DNA of 24,000 bases from positions 60,432-84,431 of the forward strand of contig JBHLKY010000014.1 in assembly GCA_048886185.1 (NCBI GenBank), read 5' to 3'. The stretch's first letter is position 1. Each line of letters begins with the position of its first letter. This document shows, one piece after another, positions 15,507 through 23,179 of this stretch. Below the pieces are notes generated by a model. That model made no database searches, was not told the origin of the DNA, and was given only the letters and a program-made list of their open reading frames with translations. A program made the position numbers and the translations under genes. Source of the DNA: Candidatus Hermodarchaeota archaeon (GTDB taxonomy: Archaea; Asgardarchaeota; Heimdallarchaeia; Hodarchaeales; Hodarchaeaceae).

Positions 15507-16083
15507 AAACGAGGAATATTTATTGATTTATAATATCTTGAAAGGAGAAAATACTGTATTAAGAGGATTAATTGCTGAAGAATTTGTTCGTTACATTCTT
15601 TCCCAGCGATTTCCTATCTTAATTGTTCGACCTTCAATCGCCTTAAGATATTTAGATAATGCGTCAATTAAGGGGAGATATGTTGACTTTTTAAGAAAAA
15701 ATCAGCAAACAATGGATTTCTTAGGATTAACTCCCTTCTTTAGAGATAATCATATATTAACAACTCCAGAAGAAACTGTATGCCGTTTTTTTTACGAGAA
15801 AGAGGGATTGAGTCTCTACCTAAAGAAGGAATCTCTATTTCCTCAACTTCAGGGATTTATTGTAGAAGTAAAATCTCGAACATCAGAGAATTCTTGGGCA
15901 CCATTTAACTACTCCTTTTCTACAAATCAAATTGAAATGTTTCAACAAAGCAAAGATTTTGATTTTACCATCGTGTTGTGTGGTGTAACATTTACTTCAG
16001 ATTGGAACCTTTCAGTAGTATTCTGTGACGAAAATCAAAAGGTTTTACCACAAGATTTCTTTGTTATAAATCAATATGGATAG
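15457..16083 (+). CDS. Hypothetical protein with a possible PD-(D/E)xK nuclease fold (Hjc/restriction-endonuclease-like)
   Basis: 208 aa. Motif order is GLIAEEFVRYIL (helix with Glu) ... MDFLG (Asp) ... GFIVEVKSRT (E-x-K), resembling Hjc-type cores. The start is uncertain. The track's TTG at 15457 overlaps birA by 50 nt, and there is no in-frame ATG near the 5' end. The 3' end overlaps the convergent M24 gene by 20 nt. Confidence 0.45.
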   Translation: MVKSQFLQERSFFQLNENEEYLLIYNILKGENTVLRGLIAEEFVRYILSQRFPILIVRPSIALRYLDNASIKGRYVDFLRKNQQTMDFLGLTPFFRDNHILTTPEETVCRFFYEKEGLSLYLKKESLFPQLQGFIVEVKSRTSENSWAPFNYSFSTNQIEMFQQSKDFDFTIVLCGVTFTSDWNLSVVFCDENQKVLPQDFFVINQYG

Positions 16084-17221
16084 GATGAGAGTTCGTAACT
16101 ACTTGAGGACCTTTTGATGTGATAATTACATCATTCTCAAGCCTAAATCCGCCTACATCCTTTTCATAGATACCTGGCTCTATTGTAATAACCATACCCT
16201 CTTCAATTGGTATATCAATCCACTCTTTTAACAATGTTTCATGAGTGGGCTTTTTTCTGAGATAAGGGGAATCATGAACAGTCAATCCGATGCCATGTCC
16301 TAAACCATGAGGCATTTTAAAATTGTTTGATTCAATAATCTCTATTGCGACTTCGGCAACTTCATGAAGAAAAGTTGCATTTTTTAGAGTATCTATTGCT
16401 TCATTATAAGCAGATTCTACTGTTTCCACAATTAACTTCATTTTACTATTTATTTTCCCCATGATGAATGGTAGCGTTACATCAGAGGTAAAACCCTTTG
16501 CACTCACCCCAAAATCAATTAAAGCTAATCCAGGTCGAAACATTGGTAATTTATCAGCACGAGGATAGGTATGAATTTGCCATGATCTTGCACTACTAGC
16601 AACTAAAGTTTCGAAACCAACTCCAAATGCTCCTAGCTCCCGCATCCTATTTTCTACAAAGATAGCAAGATCTACTTCAGTTTCAATGTTTAAATGATTC
16701 GTCATTAGCTCCTCCATCTCTTCAACGAGTTTATTACTTATTTCTACCGATTTTTTTAATAATGATAATTCGTAAGGAGATTTAGTTGACCGTAACTGCT
16801 CAAGAATATTATCGATTTCCTGAGGATTAAATACAATTTCAGCATCAGGAATTTGATCAAGAATAGTTTTAACATTAAAGTATGGAATGGCTTTAGGAAT
16901 ACCAATCCTTGGATTAGATTTCACAATACTTTTAAGAGTTTCAGCAGTAGCAGGAATTAATCCACCTTCATGTTCTGATATGTTTATTAATTGATCTACT
17001 TCTGAGTAATCCTTTGCTAGTTGATAATCCCATGGAACAAGAATTAATTGCCGATTTTGGACATCTATAAATAAACTGGCATCCTCAGGATGTCCTGAAA
17101 GGTATTTTAAATTCACATCTCTGTGATCTTCCGAATCCCTAATATAAAGAACATCTAATTCCAGGTTTTCCAACCTATCGTACAAATCATTTAGCTTTGC
17201 CTTTGTTATAAATCGTGACAT
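16064..17221 (-). CDS. pepQ: M24B family Xaa-Pro aminopeptidase/dipeptidase
   Basis: 385 aa. Metal-ligand motifs are DFG.S..GFTSDVT, HGLGHGIGLTVHDSP, GMVITIEPGIY and GGFRLENDVIIT. The start is ATG, with GGTGA 7 nt upstream. Confidence 0.85.
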   Translation of the reverse strand: MSRFITKAKLNDLYDRLENLELDVLYIRDSEDHRDVNLKYLSGHPEDASLFIDVQNRQLILVPWDYQLAKDYSEVDQLINISEHEGGLIPATAETLKSIVKSNPRIGIPKAIPYFNVKTILDQIPDAEIVFNPQEIDNILEQLRSTKSPYELSLLKKSVEISNKLVEEMEELMTNHLNIETEVDLAIFVENRMRELGAFGVGFETLVASSARSWQIHTYPRADKLPMFRPGLALIDFGVSAKGFTSDVTLPFIMGKINSKMKLIVETVESAYNEAIDTLKNATFLHEVAEVAIEIIESNNFKMPHGLGHGIGLTVHDSPYLRKKPTHETLLKEWIDIPIEEGMVITIEPGIYEKDVGGFRLENDVIITSKGPQVVTNSHPIHIDL

Positions 17222-17383
17222 AATTGATTCACCACTCTATTTGATTCTAGGAACTATTGGATCTAATTCATAAAAAATACTTAATTTAAGATTGATGAAA
17301 TATCTCTCTAGAAATATTAGAATAATGTAAATATTCTCTTCATAGTTATTTTTCTTAAATAAGAAGTTTAATAACTGAAACTA

Positions 17384-18058
17384 CTAAATAGCTTCTAGAA
17401 GATCTGCTATTTTACTCATTATGAAATCACTGATCTTTTGAGACGTTTCTTTAGAACTAGGCAATTTATAATATTGTCTTAAATCAAGAGGTGCCCCAAA
17501 TTTTACTTTTAAGGTTATTTTTCGTGGGCCTCCTCCCAAAGTAATTGGTTTCCCGACTGGCATAGCAATATCAGTATTCTTAACAGCACAAGGTATCACT
17601 AGCGCGTTTGTAGAATGAGCTATTAACCCCGCACCTAATTTGCCAAGTTGTAATTTGCCATCTTTAGTTCGAGCACCCTCAGGAAAATAGCACACTGATC
17701 CTCCATTATTAACAACAGCAATATGATATTTGATTATATCCATTCTCTTAGAACCCTTAAAAACGGGAAAACAATTCATACCCCGCAAGATTGGGCGGAA
17801 AAGGGGGAGTTTCCATAACCTAGCGTCAGCAGGATAAAAAAATGGTTTATAAAAACGCGGAAATGCTGCCAAACCGATTATAAAGGGATCTAAATGAGAC
17901 CTATGATTAGCCATGATAATAATTCCCTTGTTATCCCAACCTCTTGCAGGAATATACTTTTTCCCCCAAACTTTGACCCGAAAGCATAAATGAAAGAAGG
18001 CAAGCAAAATAGGGATAGCATACAGATGAAGCATAATTTTTACTTTTATTTTAGCCAT
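17384..18058 (-). CDS. plsC: 1-acyl-sn-glycerol-3-phosphate acyltransferase-like (PlsC/LPLAT family)
   Basis: 224 aa. It has an N-terminal TM helix, motif I ANHRSHLDPF (HX4D), motif II LFRPILRGMNCFPV, motif III YFPEGARTKDGKL and motif IV IPCAV. Confidence 0.8.
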   Translation of the reverse strand: MAKIKVKIMLHLYAIPILLAFFHLCFRVKVWGKKYIPARGWDNKGIIIMANHRSHLDPFIIGLAAFPRFYKPFFYPADARLWKLPLFRPILRGMNCFPVFKGSKRMDIIKYHIAVVNNGGSVCYFPEGARTKDGKLQLGKLGAGLIAHSTNALVIPCAVKNTDIAMPVGKPITLGGGPRKITLKVKFGAPLDLRQYYKLPSSKETSQKISDFIMSKIADLLEAI

Positions 18059-18111
18059 AAAACACAGCCAACCATTCAGTAAACAATATAGCCTAGTCTT
18101 TTTGTTGGGCT

Positions 18112-18119
18112 AAAAAAAA
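18112..18119 (-). terminator. Oligo-T tract (T8 on the minus strand) after the 84-aa ORF
   Basis: The plus-strand A8 run gives minus-strand TTTTTTTT about 50 nt downstream of the stop at 18169. It is followed by a small hairpin, AGCC...GGCT. Confidence 0.4.
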
Positions 18120-18168
18120 TTATGTTTTCGAAAGAGATTACTTTCCTTGAAATCTATAAAAACACTGT

Positions 18169-18423
18169 TTAATCGATTTTTATCTTATAATACTTCCTTT
18201 TAGGTTTTTTAGGAGGAGTTTCATTCTCTTGTCGTGATTTATAGGGTTGAGGGTGACTGAATTGTTTTTCAATGTTTCTAGCAGTCATTTGAGAGATTTT
18301 AGAGTTGATTAATTGTAATTCAGAGGTATTAGGACGATATTTTTTTAAAATCTCTTGAAATTCTCGGAGAATCAAGTTGACCTTGTCTTTTTCGATTGAC
18401 ATGACACATATCTCACAAGTCAC
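18169..18423 (-). CDS. Hypothetical small protein with a basic C-terminal tail (PPKKPKRKYYKIKID)
   Basis: 84-aa ORF from a GTG start; the alternative ATG at 18402 gives 77 aa. I recognise no family, and coding status is supported only by ORF length and orientation. Confidence 0.4.
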   Translation of the reverse strand: MTCEICVMSIEKDKVNLILREFQEILKKYRPNTSELQLINSKISQMTARNIEKQFSHPQPYKSRQENETPPKKPKRKYYKIKID

Positions 18424-18640
18424 AGTGATAAAAAAGGCTTTTGATATCTTTTTCGCCTTTTATGGAAAGGTTGATAGTAGCTTTCTTAAAAGCCCAGTCA
18501 TGAGCATTTAAATCAATCTAGACCATTTCAATAAAGGATATTACACTATTTTGATTCATTAATTATACAACATGAAAGTATCGATATAATTCGTCTTCAT
18601 AATTCATAATAAGCATAGGTAATCTAATAAAGTGAAAAAA

Positions 18641-21076
18641 ATGCCTAAATTTACTATTGAAGAAGCTGAAAAATTGCTTATCAACCGAAAATTTGTTCGT
18701 AATCTTGGTGTGATCGCCCATATAGACCACGGTAAATCTACACTAACTGATTCCCTCCTTGCAGCCTGTGGACTTCTAGCTGAAAAGATTGCTGGAGAAG
18801 CTCGAGCTACAGATACCCGAGAAGACGAACAAGAGCGCGGGATAACAATTAAAACGACAGGAATTTCACTGGTTCATGAATTTGATCAAAAAACATATCT
18901 TATTAATCTTCAAGACACCCCTGGGCATGTTGATTTCTCAGGTGAAGTTACTTCTGCTTTACGAGTAGTCGATGGCGCTCTAGTTCTCGTCGACGCTGTA
19001 GAGGGAGTTATGGTTCAAACTGAAGTTGTTACTCAACAAGCTCTAGCTGAACGAGTTCGTCCCGTTTTGATAATCAACAAAGTCGACCGTCTAATTACTG
19101 AAATGCGAATGTCACCCGAAGACGCCTATGAGAAGTTTAAAACAATTATAAATGAGTTTAATATTCTCATAGAAACATATGCACCCCCAGAATATAAGAA
19201 AATTTGGCGAGTAGATCCTCGACAAGGTACAGTAGCTTTTGGTTCGGCAATCCATCGTTTTGGATTAACAATTCCAGCTTTAGCGAAAATTTGGCATGAA
19301 AAAACAAGCCAGCCAACTGAAGTACTGATCAAAAACCTCTGGATGAAAAATAACTTTGTAAATGGGGTTCTAAAACCAACTTATGAAATATATCAAAAAG
19401 CGGAAGACAATGATCTAGATTCCCTTAAAAAAGTAGCAAAACAATTAGAACTGCGCATCGACGAAGAAGTATGGCTTGAACCTCCAAAAAGAATAGCTAA
19501 AGCGTTATTAGAAAAATGGCTTCCTGTAGAGAAAGCTGTTTTAGACATGGTTGTCCAATTTTGCCCCTCACCTATTGAAGCCCAGAACTATCGATTTAAA
19601 AGTTTTTGGAAAGGAAAATTTGATACACCTGAAGGAAAATCGATGTTAGAATGCGATGAAAATGGACCAGTCATGATAGCAATTTCTAAAATGATCCCGG
19701 GAAAAGCAAAGAGAATAATTGCAATGGGAAGGATTTTTTCTGGTACAGTAAGAACTGGGCAGAAAATTACAGCATTACTTCCAGGATATAAACCAGGTAA
19801 GAAAGAGAGACAATTTACAACGAACGTACAGCAGGTTTCAATGCTTATGGGAGCAAAAACAGAAAAAGTTGATTCAATTCCTGCTGGGAATATTGTAGCA
19901 TTGCAAGGATTACGTGGAGCTACAGCAAGTAGCACTATAACTAACCTTGAAACGACAATGCCATTTCATGCTCTTTCTTATGCAGTTGAACCTGTTGTTA
20001 CTATTGCCATAGAAGCAAAGTCTCCAAGCGAATTACCAAAATTAGCAGAAGGAATGCAGCTTATGGAGTTAGTTGATCCTTCATTGAGGACAAAAATTAA
20101 TGAAGAAACAGGAGAGTATCTACTTTCAGGAACAGGGGAACTACACCTAGAAATTGCTGTTAAAGATCTTCAAGATCTTCAACATATAGAGGTGATACAA
20201 AGTGAGCCAATAGTTGTTTTCAGGGAATCTGTTAAAGGTGTATCTTATCAACAATCCTTAGCAAAGTCCCCAAATAAACATAACAGATTGTGGGTTCGCG
20301 CTGCACCACTTGATCCTACTGCTATTAGACTCATTGAGGAAGGAGTAATACATCAGTATTCAGACCGAAAAGAGATGGCTAATATACTCAGAGACGAAGC
20401 TGGATGGGATTCTAAGGAAGGAAGAAGAGTTTGGGGAATGGGCCCAGAAGAAGATGACCCGAATTTCTATATAAATGCGACCAAAGGGGTCCAATACTTA
20501 CGAGAAGTCAAAGATTATATTATTCAAGGTTTTAGGTGGGCCGCTAAGGAAGGACCTCTTTGTGGGGAACCATTTTATGGAGTTCAGTTCCTGCTTGAAG
20601 ATGTGAAACTTCATGAAGACCCAGTTCACAGGGGGGCAGGACAAATCATGCCAGTTTCCCGGAGGGCATGCTTTGGAGCTATGTTAATGGCAGAACCCAT
20701 CCTTTTAGAACCCATTTACAAAGTACAAGTACAAGTCCCAGAGCAGTACCTTGGCAATGTTTACAAGGTTCTTACCAAGAGACGAGGGAAAGTAATTGAC
20801 ACTCAGAAGCGAGAAGGAACACCTTTAAACGTTATTATTGCTGAGGTTCCAGTTACAGAATCATTCGGGATTACAACAGAGTTACGTTCTGAAACTTCTG
20901 GTTTTGCTTTCAGTCAAATGGTATTTAATCATTGGGAAAAAGTACCAGGAGATCCAACTAAACCTGAAGACGAAGGGGGTAGCTTAGCTCGTCAATTCGT
21001 AATAGCAACTCGAAAACGTAAAGGTTTTCATAATCCTCTTCCGCCCAAACCAGAGGAATATTATGATAAGTTGTGA
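18641..21076 (+). CDS. fusA: Translation elongation factor 2, long eukaryote-like form (a/eEF2)
   Basis: 811 aa from ATG 18641; the track's GTG at 18632 adds 3 aa. Motifs are AHIDHGKSTLTDSL, TDTREDEQERGITIK, DTPGHVDF, NKVDR, LAKSPNKHNR, the diphthamide-loop HEDPVHRGAGQ and a C-terminus of RKRKGFHNPLPPKPEEYYDKL. MPKFTIEEAEKLL aligns with the eEF2 N-terminus MVNFTVDQIRAIM (from memory). Confidence 0.93.
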   Translation: MPKFTIEEAEKLLINRKFVRNLGVIAHIDHGKSTLTDSLLAACGLLAEKIAGEARATDTREDEQERGITIKTTGISLVHEFDQKTYLINLQDTPGHVDFSGEVTSALRVVDGALVLVDAVEGVMVQTEVVTQQALAERVRPVLIINKVDRLITEMRMSPEDAYEKFKTIINEFNILIETYAPPEYKKIWRVDPRQGTVAFGSAIHRFGLTIPALAKIWHEKTSQPTEVLIKNLWMKNNFVNGVLKPTYEIYQKAEDNDLDSLKKVAKQLELRIDEEVWLEPPKRIAKALLEKWLPVEKAVLDMVVQFCPSPIEAQNYRFKSFWKGKFDTPEGKSMLECDENGPVMIAISKMIPGKAKRIIAMGRIFSGTVRTGQKITALLPGYKPGKKERQFTTNVQQVSMLMGAKTEKVDSIPAGNIVALQGLRGATASSTITNLETTMPFHALSYAVEPVVTIAIEAKSPSELPKLAEGMQLMELVDPSLRTKINEETGEYLLSGTGELHLEIAVKDLQDLQHIEVIQSEPIVVFRESVKGVSYQQSLAKSPNKHNRLWVRAAPLDPTAIRLIEEGVIHQYSDRKEMANILRDEAGWDSKEGRRVWGMGPEEDDPNFYINATKGVQYLREVKDYIIQGFRWAAKEGPLCGEPFYGVQFLLEDVKLHEDPVHRGAGQIMPVSRRACFGAMLMAEPILLEPIYKVQVQVPEQYLGNVYKVLTKRRGKVIDTQKREGTPLNVIIAEVPVTESFGITTELRSETSGFAFSQMVFNHWEKVPGDPTKPEDEGGSLARQFVIATRKRKGFHNPLPPKPEEYYDKL

Positions 21077-21148
21077 AGAAAATAGGATATTTCTATGAGC
21101 TTGACTATTGTCTATTTTCCCCTTTCTTTTTCATTCCTTGAAGAAAGT

Positions 21149-21153
21149 AAAAA
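21149..21153 (-). terminator. Oligo-T tract (T5 on the minus strand) right after tRNA-Arg
   Basis: The minus strand reads ...G73-C-TTTTT-ACTTTCTTC immediately after the tRNA 3' end. Confidence 0.45.
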
Positions 21154-21154
21154 G

Positions 21155-21281
21155 CGGATCCGGAGGGATTTGAACCCACGACATCCTGGTTACTTCAGGT
21201 ACCACCTTATCTCAGAATTTTTCAGGATGTTGGTATTACCTTCCGAAGCCAGGCGCTCTATCCATGCTGAGCCACGGATCC
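21155..21281 (-). tRNA. tRNA-Arg(UCG) with a 52-nt intron at the canonical 37/38 position (intron 21191..21242)
   Basis: The minus strand parses as GGATCCG TG GCTC AGCATGGATA GAGC G CCTGG CTTCGG[52 nt]A CCAGG ATGTC GTGGG TTCAAAT CCCTC CGGATCC G. The hBHBh' motif is perfect: CTTC:GAAG central helix, bulges GGA and TAA, inner helix AGGTA:TACCT. There is one U-U mismatch in the T-stem. The 74-aa plus-strand ORF 21095..21319 is an artefact over this gene. Confidence 0.88.
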
Positions 21282-21356
21282 AGGTTTTTTTAAATCGTTT
21301 TTTCCAGCTATCACCTTAATCAGAGTTAGCTTTACTTCTTAAAGGCTGGAAAACAA

Positions 21357-21635
21357 TTATTGACGATCCTTTCGCTCATCCTCGGCCCTAATTTTGACAT
21401 GATGCCTGTGAATTGCACATGAGACACAATAATACCTCACATACGGAACACGAGCAATATGGGTGCCTTGTTGCCGCAATTCTTTACCTACTGCATAATC
21501 GACAAGAGTTTTATAGCTCGTTTTCCGTTTAGCTTTATCACGTGGTATCATACGATTACAAGAAGAACATTGAACCTTTGCAAGAGTACCTTTTTTGCCC
21601 TTACTTCGTCCACCAGACTTACGTTTCTTACCCAA
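21357..21635 (-). CDS. rps26e: 30S ribosomal protein eS26 (S26e)
   Basis: 92 aa: MGKKRKSGGRSKGKKG...VQCSSCNRMIPRDKA...YYCVSCAIHRHHVKIRAEDERKDR. This is collinear with eukaryotic S26 as I recall it (KKRRNNGR.KKGRG, C.NC...VPKDKA, HYCVSCAIH...R....R..R). The start is TTG, with GAGGT 7 nt upstream. Confidence 0.85.
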   Translation of the reverse strand: MGKKRKSGGRSKGKKGTLAKVQCSSCNRMIPRDKAKRKTSYKTLVDYAVGKELRQQGTHIARVPYVRYYCVSCAIHRHHVKIRAEDERKDRQ

Positions 21636-21883
21636 TGAGCAAACCTCATATATTAACGAAAAAATTCCATATTAACGCTTTCAGAATGCATTAATTAATT
21701 TTTTATGAGAATTCATTTTTAATTAAATACATTTGATTAATTTGATGATCTTCTTATCTTACACTTTTTTGCTCTCTTTGATTGTTCTTTTGAATTTTAC
21801 TGAAATCTAGTAACATACCATCAAATTAAACAACTTTTTATTACACTAATTGATGGTTAGGGCATAAATCACTAATAATTTTA

Positions 21884-22540
21884 CTAAAAATTATTTTCTA
21901 GAGAGGTCATCTTTTTGGTAAGAAAAATGGCTAAATTCTCTAGATTGAGCCTGAAAGCTTGGTTTTGCGAAAAAAAAGGAGATATAAGCTGAAATTCTTG
22001 TTGAATATAATGATAAAGATAATTTTGGACTTTTTTCAACTGTTTAATATAGTCATTTGAGTAACGTTCTGTCATCGTAAGGAGTTCTGAGGTTAATTCG
22101 ATAAATTGAGGTGCCTCATCTTTTTGAAGCATCTCTTGATATATTAAATCATATAAACGTTCTTGATCCTCATTTTTCATATTAAAAATAAAAAAACTGG
22201 GAAAAGGTAACAACATAAAAACCATTATATAGCTAAGTGATCCAAAATTCAGTTCAAACTGGGTGAGACTTGAATCAGGGATGATCAATGCCCCTAGCAA
22301 AATATTTACTATCGTTATTATTGTAGCATGAAATGTTCCTTGACTAATCCAATATAACTTACCTGCTAATTGGTAAAGGGGATTTGTCGCAGAGAATCGC
22401 ATACTTTTGAAACATAGAACCGTGTATATGAATAAAGTCCACGGTATAATGAGAATGAGTAATAAAAAACCATTTACTGAGATTACAACTCCTATGAATA
22501 TAAAGTTTAGTAAGAGAACCAAGAGAAAAAGGGATGGCAT
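21884..22540 (-). CDS. Hypothetical membrane protein: about 4-5 N-terminal TM helices plus a roughly 90-aa soluble helical C-terminal domain
   Basis: 218 aa. It has hydrophobic N-terminal two-thirds and a charged, helical C-terminus (DQERLYDLIYQEMLQKDEAPQFIELTSELL...). It starts 32 nt downstream of the Roadblock gene stop on the same strand. Confidence 0.55.
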   Translation of the reverse strand: MPSLFLLVLLLNFIFIGVVISVNGFLLLILIIPWTLFIYTVLCFKSMRFSATNPLYQLAGKLYWISQGTFHATIITIVNILLGALIIPDSSLTQFELNFGSLSYIMVFMLLPFPSFFIFNMKNEDQERLYDLIYQEMLQKDEAPQFIELTSELLTMTERYSNDYIKQLKKVQNYLYHYIQQEFQLISPFFSQNQAFRLNLENLAIFLTKKMTSLENNF

Positions 22541-22572
22541 TGAAATAATTTCCGTGAGAAGGATTTTGATAG

Positions 22573-23007
22573 CTAACTCAACAAATCCTTAAGTTCTGAG
22601 ACGAGACTGGAGATATCTTTCTCTTCTTCCTTAAAGATTTCAGGTATTTTACGACTGTAACGACGTAACACTCTAATGGCTAATCCTAAGGAGTGTGCTT
22701 CATTGGAAGCACCAATTAAAATGAAATCTTCAGCTGAACTTAACACAGTGTAACCTTTTTCACCACGAACTAAGACTTCCCATAAATGACCATGATCCAT
22801 TCTATCTACAACCATCCCACCGGTAGAGAGTACGGCTGCAGATAATGCAGAGAAAAGATCGGGATCGGCATCCTTCTCAGAGAAAAATGCAACACTCATT
22901 CCAGTTCGGGTAACTAACGCTAATGCTTCAAGATCCGCATACCGAACTATTTCTTGCAATAATTTGATTAATTTCTTCTTTTGTTCTACTGTAAGTGCAA
23001 AAGCCAT
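22573..23007 (-). CDS. Roadblock/LC7 (MglB-like) domain protein
   Basis: Motifs are LEALALVTRTGMSVAFFSEKDADPDLFSALSAAVLSTGGMVVDRM...GYTVLSSAEDFILIGASN, the alpha-beta-alpha Roadblock pattern. I prefer ATG 23007 (MAFALTV...) because GGTGG lies 4 nt upstream. The maximal ORF starts at ATG 23031. Confidence 0.75.
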   Translation of the reverse strand: MAFALTVEQKKKLIKLLQEIVRYADLEALALVTRTGMSVAFFSEKDADPDLFSALSAAVLSTGGMVVDRMDHGHLWEVLVRGEKGYTVLSSAEDFILIGASNEAHSLGLAIRVLRRYSRKIPEIFKEEEKDISSLVSELKDLLS

Positions 23008-23179
23008 TTTTCCACCTTCAAAGAAACCCATAAAGTACTAGGACACGTTATTGTTCCATGTGGAAGATAGAACTGGGTTTCTGGTTGTTACGACAGTTAT
23101 TCTTTGGTAATAAAATTAACCTTTACCAAAAATTTAAACCTTACTGTATTTCCTCCTAGATTCATCTAGGCTGATTGCA

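Noticed and set aside
19126-19935. Two minus-strand ORFs (19126..19332, 19588..19935) inside EF-2
   Set aside because: Both are antisense to a highly conserved gene.
21095-21319. 74-aa plus-strand ORF
   Set aside because: It runs straight across the tRNA-Arg gene and its intron on the opposite strand, so it is an artefact.
21743-21803. Plus-strand TGATGA ... CTGA pair 61 nt apart, upstream of rps26e
   Set aside because: D' is absent and the C'-to-D spacer is 14-15 nt rather than 12. An internal T6 run would terminate transcription, and the terminal stem is only 3 A-T pairs. This is probably chance in AT-rich DNA.
22407-22592. 61-aa plus-strand ORF
   Set aside because: It is antisense to the membrane-protein gene and the Roadblock stop region.
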